Assembly (NCBI GenBank): GCA_052327205.1
Contig: CM126228.1
Coordinates: forward strand, 14,322,001 to 14,386,000
Origin: Somniosus microcephalus
Lineage: Eukaryota
Length of the DNA: 64,000 nucleotides
Direction: 5' to 3'
This document shows positions 13,275 through 28,850 of this stretch, in pieces; the first letter of the stretch is position 1, and the number at the start of each line of letters is the position of its first letter. The notes under the pieces were generated by a model. It did not search any database and was not told the DNA's origin. It saw only the letters and a list, made by a program, of their open reading frames with translations. A program made the translations under genes and the position numbers.

Positions 13275-16108
13275 TGTCCATATTTTCAAATGGCGTTTTC
13301 CACGAGAAATGTATATAAAAATTGCATTTATATAAAATCATCTAGTTAAAACGCCAAGACCTTACTTATCTTTTGATGTGTGGGGGTAACACAGACATCT
13401 TCTGTTCTCTTTGCCAGCATTGTCCTCACTCGCTTTTTAACTCATCTGTCTTAACCTGATACAACGCCTCAGTTTAGTTTGGCGGTTGGGAATGTGGAGG
13501 GGCTGTTACTCCTTTATTATAGAAAGTCTGACACCAAAACAGAAAAATACACCCAGGTGTAATTGTAAAACTATTTTCAGAGGATACTGTAGAGCAGTTC
13601 TATTGCACCGCCAATGTTTAAGTTGTTGTTGCCTCTCCTCATTTTAAACTTACATAATGGAAACGTGGCATTTTATTACCAGATTTACACAGGAAATTAA
13701 AGTATTTCTAAAGTTTAACAACAAGTTGCCCCTTTTTATTGGAAGGGGAGAGATAGCAAACTGGAACCGTTTTTCGGCCCGTCGTCAGGCCCAGTTTAAT
13801 CTCTCTTTAAATGTTTCCTCTGATTCTTCAATTAATCAGCTCAGAAACATTGCTATTTTAAATTTGAGCTTTTCCTAAAAACTTTTCCAATCTCGCTTCA
13901 AACCAGCATTTTTATCATTATTGCAAAGACGAGATTTCTGTTTCGATTTTAAGGAAATCAAAAGCAATTCATTACATTAAAAAAATGACATGCACAGGAA
14001 AAGCACCGAGTAAACTGATCTGATCTACAGCTCTTCTGACATTCCAGTATTATTATCATTGATTTATTTCACAGAAATAAACATGTATTATCATCTTGAT
14101 AAAAAAAATGTACTTTTCATAATTAGCTTGATCATTTTATTTGAAAGAAAAAGAATCCTAACAAAATGATCCTAGCCTTTTTTATATAAAAAAAAACCCG
14201 TCTGCTTGCCAGCATTTACTAAAGATTTTTTATATATATATATTGCGGATTGAGCCCACGGTTCAAATCCGATTACATTGCTTTGTCCCATCGATGTCTA
14301 AATCCGAAATCGTTTGCCTCGGATGGTTTGAGACCTGCTTTTTGGGGAGGGGTGGTTTGACAAACCAGATCGGTTCGATTCATTCATTTTTATGATACAG
14401 GCAGGTGGAAATGATTCGATCCAAATCGTCTGGAACTTTTTGATGCAGTTGCCTTGTGACGAGGCAACAGTTCCTCTGACTCTTACAGAATATTCCAGTC
14501 AAGTTTCCCATAGAAATCTCTCAATCCAATGGATCTAGAAAACGTTTCTATTGTACCACAAATACACATTCATCTTTTTTATTTCAATATATAGCTGGAA
14601 CCATTGATTTTCTTCTTCAAATTATTCCTGCAGTCTAATAAAACGATTTCCTTTTTTTCCAATTCTGAAAAATCGTCAAGCCTGGTTCTGTATTTAAACT
14701 GCCTTTCTATATAACCCCAATTCTTGACCAAGTCACATAGGGGTAATTTAATAGACGACAGAGTAATCAATAATTCTCTCTTTCCTCCCCCCCCCCCATT
14801 AAATGTATAAATCTCCCAACTGCTGAAAACAACTTTGTTTCGTTAAAAAATATATTCAAAAGTACATCATTGAACAATCAGTGAGATATGGGCCAACACC
14901 GTGAGGTTAATTGATTCAAAAAACAGTGTTCGCCTATGCAACATCAACACCTCATTGGTGATCCTTAAAGTAAGACAAATCCACTCGTAACTAAATCCGA
15001 CATCACTTGCAACAAATCGTGCATCCCAACACATCCAAGGTGCCGAGGCCGGACACCGCATGGAACACCATTTATTTTCGGTTATTTAAAGTTTCCATAA
15101 AAGTAAAAAAGCTAAACAATGTCTTATTTTCGCGTTTTAAAATCAGACACTGCAGCGCGCTGCCAGGATTAATACTCGCAAGATTGACAACTGCAGGTTA
15201 CAATGCACCTTTATCAAGAGAACCAGTGGTCAGCGCAGCCGTTCCAAACCCAAATTCAAGCCTGCATCTTAAAAAGAATCTCTAAGCTGCACAATTGAAA
15301 TCCAATCACTTTCGCCCAAATGAGAAGGTTCTGCTGTGATTTTAAGCAGGTATCAATTGAGAATTGTTTATTAGATTAAAAACTATTTGATTATTTGGCG
15401 TTTTTATAATCTCTGAGAGCCACATTGAGGTGTTGAATACTCTTGGTTGCAATCAATTAGATACAAAATGGCTGCTTCAAATAACTAGTTGTAATTGTCT
15501 AGGTATTTCTAAAACCATTCAGTGCAATGTTTTAGCAGGAGCAGGGAGTTATTAGAATTCTCGGGATCATTATCATACTTCTCACAACAGCTTCACTGTC
15601 TCTGGTGGTTTTTGTGAGTTTGTGATTCAACAGACTTATTCATTATTAGAGATCAACTGGGAATGATGTTTTTTTGAATTGCACGAAGAAAACTGTCAAC
15701 ATTATTGTGTGTCACGATGCAAGTGTAACATGGATTTTGGTCATAACAGGCACCATTTCCAGTTGGAGGCAGGAAATAATTTAGAGCTATAAAAGTATTG
15801 CGTTCATGTAGAAAATAAATGCACGGAGCAAAGAAAATAAATAAGAGAAAACTATACTGGGATTTTGCAGTTTTGTAATTTCCATATACAACTGAGTCCC
15901 ATCAAGCAACGATTAATTACATTGGATGAACTGCTTTAGACCAAATTCAAATCACATAAAATCTGGAGGCTGTAACGTTATGCAACTCAGATCTGCTATG
16001 CCAATTACCCAATAATGTCTAACAGAAATCTACTCATTATTCGACACTCTTCGCTTCCAATTCAAGGGGCACTTCTTGTTCAGATGAACTGATATTGTGT
16101 TAAATTAA

Positions 16109-16220
16109 TATTTCCTACATTACAACAGTGACTACACTTCAAAACGACTTCATTGGCTGTAAAGCGCTTTGGGACGTCCTGAGGTCGTGAAAGGCGCTAC
16201 AGAAATGCAAGTCTTTCTTT
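16109..16220 (+). mobile_element. SINE 3' fragment
   Basis: TTTCCTACATTACAACAGTGACTACACTTCAAAA..GAAAGGCGCTA..AATGCAAGTCTTTCTTT. Confidence 0.9.
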
Positions 16221-18699
16221 TAAAACAGGTAGTAAGTGCTTTTTTAAAAATTAAACTGAATATCGCACAACTAGATACTCTACATCTGGATTTTTTTTTA
16301 AATCAGTTATTGCATGGAGTTAATAGATTGTAATTCCTTTCCTTATAAATGGAATCAGTTTTGAAGGAAAATATTGCTTGATCCGTTTTCTGAACACTTA
16401 AGTTCATATTTAGGATGTAAAATTTACCAAGCAAAGTGGGTGTTTGAGGAAAATCTGGATACATTGTACAGTGTGCATTATGTGTGGGGGGTGTATATAG
16501 GTGTGTGTATAATATATATAATATATAGGTGCATGTAAGTGTGCATATAAGGATGCGTATGTAGGTGTATATGTATGATTTTATATGTATGTATTATATA
16601 GATGGTATGTACATATGGAGACAAAGAGACAGCGAGAACGTTTATTGTAGGGCATGTGTGTGTGTATATATATAGGGATGTGTGTAGGTGTGTATATAGG
16701 GTGTCTATAGGTGTATACATATATATAGGTTTATATCTGGTTATAGTATTAGGAATGTTCTTCTGTTATTGGAATCATTTGCAACAGTGACATGTTACAC
16801 AAAGCATTCTAACAGACCTACAACTGCTCTGCTGAAGCAGTCTTTACAAAACAGAGGGCCGTCATGCTATCGACGTTTAAAGGGAAATTATATTTTTTTC
16901 AAAAAAAGGAAGTATTTGATGAAAAATACTAGTGTCACATTTCACAGCGTCAGGTGTTAAACGGATTAGCGTTCTACTGGGTTAAATGTCATGGCGATTG
17001 ACATCTTCTTAGGATTGATACCAACTACCTACAGCAATAGCGCAGGGTGGGTCTGGCCAGTTAATCTTTTTTAAAAATATATATACGACGTTAATTATTT
17101 ACAAATGTAGAAACAGATTTTGACTGTGAACATGACCCAAACTCTTAATCATAGGGAGAGAAAAATACAGACACTGACTCTCACACACACACAGTCTGAA
17201 CCAACGGGTACTGGCCGGGGCGCTGCAATTGCCCTGTCCTCGTGAGTGTGAACCTATTCCTATTTAGCCTCAGCACGGATACAACGGTCCATCTTAACTG
17301 GAAATCTACATTTCTTTACCGTTACATATAAATTGTAATATTAGGCGCTCTCTGGTGCGGCTAACCAAGACATGGCCAATATCTCCCAAGTGATTTCATG
17401 CACGTTACACATTTCCTGTAATAGTCAAGGCGGTGGGTGGACAAATAGTTTAAAAGAGTGACATTGCACTTAGGAGATTCTGTCACAATTTAATACGGGT
17501 GTTTGAAACAATAATCCCTCACACCTCGTGTTGTATATTCATTTATTTACAGCAACTCTTGCAAACCGTTAGGATTCGCCCCCCCCCCCCCCCAAAAAGG
17601 CTTGCATGAAACCCTGCTATTTTCAAAACACACGTGTTATATAATTGAGCCTAAGCCAGTGATTCAGCTTTACAAACACAACAAACGTCGGATAATCAGT
17701 CTCCTGTTCACATCAGGAAAAAAAAATTAATCACGTTGGGAAATAGGCACGGTCCCCATTGTACGTGCATTACGTCTGACGCACATTCTTTATAATTATT
17801 ACAAGTTATTTTTAGTAAAACCTCGAGTAACCTCCGCTATTTAAATTCCCACAGTGATTCTTCTTTTAATTAAAGCAATATGTGCTTGCCAAAGATCTAG
17901 CAGCAACTAAATCAAAAGAAGGCTTATCAAAAAATGGCACAAAATGGTCAGTAACGATTGTGATAATAAGTGGCACTCACCCCCCCCCCCCCCCCATTAT
18001 TAACACCTCTTATTAGCAGGGTCAATGTAGTCCTAACCATCTTGTTCATGTATTCATCTGAATTCGGCCCTCCTCTGGCTGAACTGCAAGCAGTGTATAG
18101 CCTCTGAATGCCCATTGGCCTGTTGCAATTAACTTCCAATGACTATTTTGGTGTGTCTTGCTATGTGTCCAATCACACTATTTTCCAAAAAATTTTTGCA
18201 AAAGAATCCTGCAAGTTCCTGGTATTGGTGTAAGGTGTAATAGCTGATAGCAGTTACAATACGAAAAAGGATATTGGTTTAAGAAATGCAAAATCGTGAC
18301 TGCGCGTATAAAGGGTCAAACCACTTCGAACAATTCAACTGAAATTAACAAATAACAAACTGAAATGAACACCGAACACCGAACAAACTGAAATTAACAC
18401 CCAGCCAAGTAGTGTCTCAGGCAATATAAAAACAAGGCACACGTTATACAATATTCCAACTCTAATTGCTTCCAAACACCGACTTTAACTCCCCCCCCCC
18501 CCCAACACAGAGACACTTTTACAGAATTATACATCCGTTTCTGAGGCTCCAGGCAAATTCCAACCAGGAATAAACTAACCTTGTCTACATGGATTCCCTT
18601 TTAAGAATCTCCTAAGGTGGGACCAGCTCCAAAGAGGCGAGTTGGATAAGTCGGAACAATGCGGTCTGTCCTAGGTTTGTCCGCTTCTTATAATTACCG

Positions 18700-21600
18700 T
18701 AAGATTTTTTTATGGGTGAGGGAGGGGAGGGAGGGGGGTGATTGCCGTCCTTTCTTGTGCACAGACTTGACAGTGAACTGCGGCGTCAGCGAGGAGAAGA
18801 ATAGGGAGCCGCCGGTGACCGTGGCCTTGTCCTCATCCCCCTCCCTCCTCCGCCCCCCAGGTCAGTTGGCCAGAGCTGTTTTTTTACAGGGGGAGGAAGG
18901 GGGAATTGAAACAATGAAAACGTGGGTCACCCTGATCACCAGCCTAGTTACCAAAAATAACGACCACAGCAGGGGCTAACTAAAAAAATCCACCAAGTTT
19001 AACGCCGCTTCCTCGGCCTATCGCACTAACACATGTCCAATCACAGCTCCAACTTTAAACAGACCTTTCTTTGCGATGCCTCTTCCCCCTCTTGACGCAG
19101 GTTCGCCCCCACCCCCCAAACTTTGGGTACAAAGCACATCGAGATTTGCACCGGCGGCTCGGCGTAATGGAAGCAGCTTGAGCGCCAGCTTAGCACGGCG
19201 AGGCATCGTGGATTTCCGCGCAAAGCTACCGATGCACCAGCAAATGGACGCTCAAAAAAAATATATAGGGAAATTGTTCCTTAAGGACATTGGTGGCTAG
19301 ATCTCAAATGACAAGGGTCGGAGGGGGAGTGTGGGGCTGGGGGGGCTTTTCTTCGTCGCTCTTGACCTGTACCTACCCGCCGATCTGAAATCTGTCTCTT
19401 TCTCTGCGTCTGAAGGCTGGGGCTGCGTCTTTCCAAATCTCTCCAATCTCCAGCACAAGCTTCCTCCTGCGCAGCCCCGTGCTGACGTCAGCCCCGGCAC
19501 TAACCTCCAGACTGCAACCATCCAGCACCGGGGGAGGGGGGTGGGGGGGTTCTGGCATCCCAACACAACACCGAATGACTTCCCTCCAAATTCTTCGCCT
19601 TAATGCACACCTTTCATTAAAGCCACTGTGAAATCAGACCGTATCTCCCAGCTCCTTCTGTCTGCCTCCCGGAATCCATCTCCCATTGAGTTCAACTAAC
19701 ATTCAACCGATCCAGGCACCGACAGACTCGTCACAGAATGTAACGCTCGGTCTAGATTCACCTACCTGCATCCGATTTTATATATGGCACCAAGATACAT
19801 TGATTCCCTGCTTGTTACTCCATCCCCATTTTCCCTCGCTCTCTACCGTACATAAAATTTTGCAATGCAGAAAATATATCCACAATTTAAGGACACGTTC
19901 TTTCTATAACAAGATATTGCCGCTCGTATCTAAATGATTTGTTTCGATATAAACTCAATCGTCCGATGCTTGAGCTGATTGTGTTTACTGACTATAACTT
20001 GCCTGGTTGGTGTGAGATGCCTCCGCCCTTACTTGCTAGATCCTTTAACCCAATCAGATATAAAATACCTACAAACCGCAGGGGGTGGGGGGAATCAGGC
20101 TGCCAGGTAAAGTTTTTAGTGTTTAATTGTACTTTGTAATCTAATGAGGGGTCTGGGTATTGGGTGAGTTCAGCTCGTTCTGAATGGCAAGACAAAAGTC
20201 TCTCGCCCTCATCTGGGGTGTGTTGCCAGGGCGGAAGGTTGATGCATCCCGCGGGCCACAAACGGGCAGAAGCAGCGGGGCAGGGACCGCCGCATGAACT
20301 TGACAGCGGGAGAGGCTATCAATCTGATAGTAGACAGCTCAAGTTCATTATCACCCGCCACCCCACCGTCCCTGCTCATTTCACATTCAGCTTCAGTCTC
20401 TCTCTCTCTCTCTCTCTCTCTCGCAATCTTTGCTCGCGGACAGGAGCTTACATTACTAAACACCACCACTGATTTAAATCACTTTTCCCTTTCCAAAAAA
20501 TTATAAATTCACTTGTTATTCACACATTCAAAAAATACATAAATAAAAATCTACTTTATAATTAATATACAGACAGCGAGTACTCTAACTCAGGCATAAA
20601 ATATATTAAAATATTGGCTTTAAAAAACTAATATAATACACCCATTACCTGTTATAAATCAGAATTAAAAACCTCCATACCTCAATCCTAAAGTATTTGT
20701 ATTCATTCTCAGTCCAACCAAATGATTTGCCCCGGGTTTTTTTTTACATTTTAGTTCCAAACAATTCCTAAGACAATAAGTTTTCTGAGAGTTGGTTTTC
20801 CCTAATTAATTTCACAGTCTCCAACTTGTGCAGTTCCCTTGTCACCAATCCCGCGTTTCCTATTGAATTACATTTGCTCCATTGCCCCTCAAATAACCAC
20901 GCCAAGCCAACTTTAGCCCCCAACATTTTCTCACAGGCCAGCTTGGGGGAGGAGACCCGGTGCTCAATCGCATTTTTCCCCTTCCCCTCGCCACCGAAGA
21001 GAGCGAACGTGTCCTGAAACTCAACAACATCCAAATTCTTTGTTCCTGTCACATCGGGGCATCCATTGTCCGCCCTCTAAACCAAAGACTTCATTTTTAG
21101 CAGCTTTTCAATAAACTCGACATCAATGCGTTCTGCACACTCCGCCGAACAAAATGATTTATGTGCCAGCCAGTCTGGGAGTGTGGAGGGAGGGAGGGGA
21201 GGGGGGAGATATTTATATAATTCCACAATATTGCAATAATCGCGATTAAATTGGATTCGCATACACCAGGAGCGCTGCTTCTTCAGTTCCCAAGAAGTTT
21301 AGTAATTACAGCAAAAAATTAAAAAGCTTTAAAAAAAAAAAATCTTAGTTCTACGGATTGTAATCACAAATTGCAGTGAGAGTGCGGCGCACAGTCCAGG
21401 ATCTGAGCATTTTAATCCTTCCATTCCCCTCCCCAATTAACAAAGTATTTTTTGGGGGGTGGGGGGTGGGGTTCAATCAAAAGGTTCTTGGAGAGCAAGA
21501 CTGGACTCTGTTACCTTGGGCTGCCGCCTCCTATATTGCAATCCCAGCCAGCGATATGTACGAGTTGCTTGCACTCACAGTCTCCTTCTCCAGGCGGGGG

Positions 21601-21850
21601 GTGGGGGGAGGTGTGCTAGTTCTGAGGGAGCCTTTTTTCTCCCCCCTCTCTCTCTCTCTCTCTCTCGGTCTCTCCACGGGCTCCTGTTCGGAAACAGGGC
21701 TGGCGAGAGAATGAAGAGCGATGAGGAAGAACAGGAGATGTCACACAGGCATTTCTGGATATGTCACCAGGGCAAAGCCTGCTCACGTCGCCCATACGTC
21801 ACCTGCAAAGTGCACCAACCCCTTGATTCCCCCCTTAATTCTGCGCAATT
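18700..21850. promoter_or_regulatory. CpG-rich regulatory region, candidate distal promoter(s) of the miR-9 host lncRNA
   Basis: Clearly elevated CpG/GC and no interspersed repeats. Full CRE TGACGTCA at 19483-19490, CRE half sites (~18784, ~19093, ~21796), CCAAT at ~19037, (TC)n tracts at ~20398 and ~21646. Confidence 0.5.
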
Positions 21851-24800
21851 ATTCCGAAGGATCTTGTGCACCGATTGCTACAACAACTAAAAAGAAAAAT
21901 ATATTTTTATATATTTTAAAATGCAATTGAATTGTAATGATTTAAACATTTACCGGGGAGCCCAACACTTCAAATGGGACGTAGAGTCAACGTGAAACGT
22001 ACGTACGCTGCGAAACGTTATAGAGCAAAGGATTCTCATTGAAAAAAGAACTAGAATTTTCTCACTTTTATTTTTTCTACAAAGTCGAAATATGCATCAC
22101 TTTACAAATGGACCTGGTCTTAATTCCTACTCGCAAGAACACGGTGGGTCTGCCTCGTGTCGCGGTGCTCCGTCTGGACTGCATATTATTGTCATTAATA
22201 AATGCATTTAACATTCGCACAAAAATAACATTCAGTCCAATAACATTTCTTCAAATCCGCACTGCTTCCCAATGCTTCTCACGAAAAGTACGCTTCAAGG
22301 GAACACCTCTCCCCCCGAGTTCAGATATCAAGGCTTCAATTTAACCTCACAGATACTTTGGAACACCAGAAAGCTATCTGCATACGCTTCACGTGCGAAT
22401 ATTCCAAGCGTTTCTTGTTTGCAATAAGGAATATTCATATTTTTAGAGATTAGACAGATCGCTATATACTGGACTAATGGCTACATTGACAGACAAACCT
22501 GGCGAATGAGTCCAGTCTTGTTCAATGTGTGCACTTGGGTTATTGTCGCTCCCTGTGATTGTCACATCCTTGGTCAGATCGCTTCCAGATCTGAAGGTTA
22601 TCTGCCAGAAAGCAAACTTCACATTTAACACTTTGCAAAGACTAGTCTTGGCTCTGTGTGTGTGTGTGGTTGGGGGGGGGGGGGGGGGGCTGCTGAGGTG
22701 CGTGTCCGAGAGCCAAACAAGTTCCAAATACAAGGAACCTCGTAACATTTAAGAGAAGCTCTTCATAATAAAAGTACAATCCCCCAAAAACAGGAATTCC
22801 GCATATTATAATCTTCCCACCTCAGAGAGCGGACAAAGGTAAATTAATGTCACATTTCCAGCAAGTCAGACAGAGCCAACACAAAATAAAACCAAGGTGC
22901 AATGTTATTGAATATTTAACATCTCGGAAGCTGGACACTGGGATTTAAGCCGTTAAACAATTCTCCTTTCTCCGAACATGTGTTGCATGTAAGTGGATTG
23001 CTGCGTTCTCTGTCAGGTTGTCCGCACTGCTAATCCTTCCGATTCGAATATTTTCAGCAAGGTGGGATTCCTTATCGGCCCCCCTCTCCCCCAGTGTGTT
23101 GTGATTTTCGGCGATTGTGGAGTTTAAGATTACAAGTTGTGTGAGCGGCGAGAGGTTTACAGTCACCGTGCACTGAACGGCGTTGAAAGCATATTCCGAG
23201 CAGAGTACAGACACTTTAGACAGATCTGATGTCCAGAACCCTAGATACTTGAGATTTGAAACATTTAAGAATTTTAACATTATATATCCATCGATTTATA
23301 ATCAAGAATTAGGAGATGTTTGTAATCCATATGTTAATTAAATTTCATTTTATTGAAAATAACCTCCATAAGGCGTTTAATGTTATTTTTAACCAGTGTT
23401 TATTAAAAATAATTGGATTTCCAACAGGGGTTTGAGTTAATAATAAGACTTTATTTTTACTATTTAAAAATATGTTCTGTGACTCTTTTGTAAAGGGGCA
23501 GGTTATGTAATGCAAAATCTGAATCGTATTTTTGAACACATATTTATCAAGCTAGTTCAGTTGTATTAGATTTATGTTCGAAGTCCACACGTGTCTGCGA
23601 GATTTACTTTACTGTAATGAGAATCCCGCTGAAATAAAGCGGCCACGTTAAAATCTAGGTGCAATTTCCGTTCCTCCTTATATCCTATCGGTTGTGTTTA
23701 ATATATAATTTATATTTTAGTGTGAACATGCACACTAAACTCACCTCCAAGATTCAACAAGGGCCTAGGATGAAATCTTTACATTTATATATGTTTGTAG
23801 GAGCAGCACTCAAATTATTCTATGATGATTAAGACAGCGACTCCGAAATGGTGTTCCTGTGCTTATTGCTTTTAGGAGGGATTTCAGAAACAGAAATATT
23901 TCCAAATGACCGCTTGCGCTGAGAATAGTTTCTGTTGCGAGAGAGTTACACAGAAACCGTCTTTGCCTTTTTTGCCAAATGATTTTTGCACATCACAATT
24001 TGACAGCGAATTCATGTTACATTTTTTAATTTTATTTTTGCATTGAAAGTCTCCTACCCCTCGCTCCCCTCCCGCACGCACACACACAGATAAACCACTT
24101 CCTCAGAGCCCTTCTGCCAAAGGGCGACCCCAATTCGCTGTGGAAGGGGCAGCGGTTAAGTTGTTATAATAAGGTCCTTGACCTCGGCCTCTGTTTTGTG
24201 CCTCTACTAGTGTGGAATGTTTAAAGATGAATGGGAATCCACTCGTTTTGTTTACATTGTGTTATTTAAGGTCCTATAAACAGTCTCTGTTACCATTGTT
24301 GTGGCTCTTAATTACAAACTTGTTAAGTTAAAATGATGGAGTGCTTTATCCCCAGTTTCTGTCGCGGGCTCTTCACCTTATTCCACGAGATATTATCCCC
24401 ACAATCCACACTTTGACATTTGAGTCTTTGCAGGATGTCTTTTTTCTCCAAAATAGTAAACGGTTTTACTTGTTTGGGAAAATTGTAATTTTTACAACAA
24501 AATCTATTTATTTATGAATTATTTCCCTTCTTCCGAAGGTTTGTGGAAATATGGCCTAATTGTTTTTCTAATTATAAAGTGTCAAACTATGCATCAAATT
24601 CTAATTCCCGAATAAGGGAAAATGCTTGTGTCAAAAGTATCTGGTGTACATAAACACGAATTGCAGATGCTTGTCGGTTTCGTTCACAACAAATACTGTC
24701 AAAGATACAAGGCGGGAGAAAGAATATTCAACTCTTCTGACTCCAGGTGAAAAGGTCATTTTATGATGAAGAAATAAATAAGAAAACGAAAGTTCTCATC

Positions 24801-25519
24801 GACGAAAAACAGGAAATACGCTCAATTATAACCACATTATTTTGGGGGAAATATTTTTGGCTTCCATTGAATAAATCAGTTGGATTATTTTATATTTTAA
24901 TGTGTGATGTTATTGCAGTAAAATACTAAATTGTTTAAATCAGTGGCAGTAAAACTTGCAGCAATTTACGAAAACCTCACTAAACCATCTAATCAAATAT
25001 GAGAACAGCTGGTCGAGGGGAGTGATAGATTTGATAAATATATTTATAAATCTCTTTTAATAAATTACATTTGATTTAAATTTTTAAACTTCTCTTCGTT
25101 ATAATATAGACTTTTCCTCAGCTGTCATCTTACAGATATTTCAATATATGTGACAAACTTTTTAATACAGCCCACAGTTTTGAGGATTCTTATTTCTCCT
25201 TGGCCTTTTTTTTAATAAATGTGTTTTACAGTGTTCGACAAATGCAGCACAGTAAATGCGCAGGATTATTTCTAATCTTGCAGTTAATTGGCAAAAAAAA
25301 TTCAAATCTGGAAAAACAGAGGTTTACAAATCATTCCCTTGCGCTGGTTTTGTTTATTCTATTGCATGTTAAAAATTTCAGTTAACATGTGATGGTGAGT
25401 GGGGCGGGGTGGGGGAGATGCATTAATATAAAATGGAGACAGAATTTGCCAGTTTCTAGATCAGAGTTAACAGGAACTGTGATGGGTTTTGGGGTTTGAG
25501 GCCCAAAATGATGGAGACG

Positions 25520-25536
25520 AGCGACCCCTAGTGGAG
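25520..25536 (-). promoter_or_regulatory. CTCF-like site
   Basis: Reverse complement reads TCCACTAGGGGTCGCT, one mismatch from the core CCACTAGGGGGCGC. Confidence 0.5.
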
Positions 25537-28500
25537 AGAAAAGTCACTCTAACAGATCGATTCAACTCGGCTATTCAGAACAAACCACAAATATAGGGTG
25601 TCTATTTAAAAAAACAAAAGTTGCATCTAATTGTGGAATATTTCGAACCTAAACTACATTATGGGGCATTATATTAACGATACACATTACATAAAACGGG
25701 GATTGGTCACAATGAATAATCACATTAGTTCCCCTTTGTAGTGAAACCTCTGCCACTGAAATAATTGGGAAATATTCGCGAATCCAAGATGGTTGGACAC
25801 CAGAAATCTGCAACAAAATTAAGACCAATAGTTCCCTTATACTAAAATGCACTGTTGTCTTATTTGAGCTGAAACTATATTTAAAAATTGTAAAACTGGA
25901 GCATGGCGTGTGGGGAGTGGTTACACAAGGTGACTGGAGATGATCTGTCACCGTAAGCCATGCAAGGGATGCAAATATATGTTGTTTAAAATCAAATGCA
26001 AACAGTTGGTCCTATTTGGATCTGCCTTTGTGTTTTTAATTAGACCTGTCACTAGACCGGTGAATTTAAATGTTGTCGTACAATACGACTAAAACGATCC
26101 GAACTGGTTTAAATATCATTGTTATTTTCTTTTTTATATATATTTAAAAATAGTTGATATGTTTGGCTCCAAAAAACGATGTTAAAATATAAATCGTAAA
26201 TCACTTGCTGGTTCTGCGAGATCATTCAAGCGATGGGAAATGACTGTGGAACACATTTAGCCAGAGAAACACACTGTATACACCTGAAACTAAATTAAAA
26301 ATGAACTCTGTTCCGCCTCACAGGGGTTGTTATATAATATGACTGTGTGGCATTACAGGTGGTGATTCATACTCTGACGGAACAAGTGATACGGGGGAGA
26401 CGAATGTATTTTTAGACGTGTATATAAAAATCTGTTTAAAGCCTCGGTTAGTTTGGGGCAGAAGTGTGTGTGTTTGCAGAGGAGTCGTTTGAAATAAAGC
26501 CAGTGATTCCTGCATCAATTTGACAAAATGATCAATAATACAGAAGGTTCCTGTTTTAGAAATTTACCCTTTCTGCTCAGATAGAAGACTGGAGATTTAT
26601 AAACAAATTTAGAATCAGTAAAATCTATGCAACAAGAACAGATGCTTGCTCCAGTTAACCTGGCTCTATAAATGAGTGCGTTGTGCTAATATTATAAGGA
26701 TTTATTGCATAGTGTGTGTGTGTGTGTGTAGATACATAAGATACATACATCTGATCTATGATTTAAAGTATAGAGTCACAACGCTAATTAATTTATCTAT
26801 TAATTGAATAGTGACGCTTTGAAATTTGGAGGGACGCGACATTTATTTGCTGTATTTTAATGAGAATCTAGCCGTCACAAAAATCCAGTAATCTCTCTCA
26901 CACATACACACACACATATCTATATCTAATACATACTGCACACACACATATACAATATATCTTATATATACTGTATATACGTACAGACACACACTTAACA
27001 CACACATATGTATAATAATGACAGACATTTGCATCTTTTCTTTAATAGTTTCTTGCCTTCATTCAGATTAAAGGCCTCTTGTTTTTTAAGTTCTGTTTTG
27101 CAAAAATCGCAGATATGATTTTTAATACACGAATACATTTTACTGAAGCCGAGCTGTTTCGAGCCCAGTTTTACTCTTGAGATAGCGATAAAAGCGCAAG
27201 TTCCCCATAAACTCCAAAGGGAATGAATCAGCCCGGATCAACTCCATACATCAAAATACTCAATTCCTCGCACAATAACCGCCAGAGATTTGGGTTCCTC
27301 TCTGAGTTCGACCTGTTTTTAATATTTCTGAATTTACTAATACTCCAGAGATGAGAAATATCTTCAGGTCAATTGAACGGATATTCAGCGCAATAACTTT
27401 TCAAGTTCTTTTTTGAAAGTTCCAATCATTTTGTTGAAATAGTTGGATCGACTCGAACACAATAGCTGGCCGCAACGTTTCCTGTTAAATTGAATCGAAT
27501 TACTGAAAGCCATTTAATGTTTGTATCGATTCACTCATGTCTGGTCCCTTACCAATGCCAATCGCTAATTTCAACATAGAATATTGATCCAAATACACGT
27601 TTCTTTCGGAATTAATACATTCGATTCCGCATCAATGGGATACTGCGTCAGTAAATAGTTTGATGACGGATTAAATGTGAAATTGGTGTTTTTAAAGAGT
27701 TAAAACGGCTCTGAGAGAGCATGCAGATATTGCTCTGAATCTAAATGCATCTCTGAGAAATTAATTATTAAATAATTACTTCCTACAGATTTTGCATTGC
27801 GGTTTTTTTATTTATTATCCTTGATATTATTGGCTAGTTAATATTATGTACTAGTTAATATGTGCTAGTTTATTTTTAGGCTCCAAAATGAATCATTTAC
27901 AAACTAGTTTTGTTTTTACGTCAGGCTCAGAATGTCCATTGTGATATTTGATTTGTAGAAGTTAATTTTTTATTGTTCAATGTCTTAATATTTCGGAAAA
28001 TTAAACGGTTCGAAAAGTTTATTTTTACATGGAACAAACCCAGGGGGGTTCCCATTGAGAAAATGTCAATTCCTGGTAATTAATCGAACAGTAATAGGGT
28101 CTTGTATCGACTTAATTTAAACAATCTTTGATTGTTGAGAATAAAACTGTGCGGCGCATAAAATACCTTCTTCAGTTATTTATGCATTTCTTCCACAGGT
28201 TCACCAAAAATGTATTTAGGTGATGTTTTAATTTGAGATGTGAAACTAATTGTGTTTAATTTACGTTTAAAGTTTTAGCAGTGTTATAAATTCTGGAAGA
28301 ACAGGCGAGAGATTCCATTTGCCCCATCACAAGGAATTCGAGTTGACCCTGTTCCTCACTCATATTTCGTTATATTGGACATTCCTTTCGAGCTGTCGAT
28401 GTGTTTGAGATCAGAAACTGTTACTAAATAGAAAAAAAAGTCTTACAATGGAAAGATCAGTGTTGTAACACTGAGATGGAACGTAACTGTTGACCGGGGT

Positions 28501-28850
28501 TACACTGGAATTGAGAGCAAGTGTATCTAGTTCTGGTTGAATTATGCAGAAATATGAAGCCTATCCCCTTTTAACAATACAATTGCTATCAGATACAGTA
28601 AAGTGCTGGTGGAATTAAATATGATCCAGATGCAGAACTAAAATACTCTTCCCAAAAAAATCTAAGTTTATATCGTGTTCATATTCTTTGGTCGGCATAT
28701 CAAACGGTAGTATTACATCGACCGTCATTGTAAAATTTCATTTCATTAATTAATATGCTTTACTTTGAAATGGTTAAACGTGTCCCTCTGAAAAGATTTC
28801 AAATGGTTTCCTCTTAAATTTATTTGATAGGAATTCTGGTCTCTGTTGTG

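Noticed and set aside
13076-13349. ORFs spanning 13.1-13.3 kb
   Set aside because: They are open only because of the N gap.
16478-16790. His/Thr/Tyr-rich ORFs
   Set aside because: Low-complexity TA/TG sequence; the same applies at ~26.9 kb and ~32.8-33.1 kb.
18659-22752. Cluster of 60-143 aa ORFs in the CpG-rich region
   Set aside because: They overlap on both strands, run through microsatellites, and show no recognisable domains or consistent splice phases.
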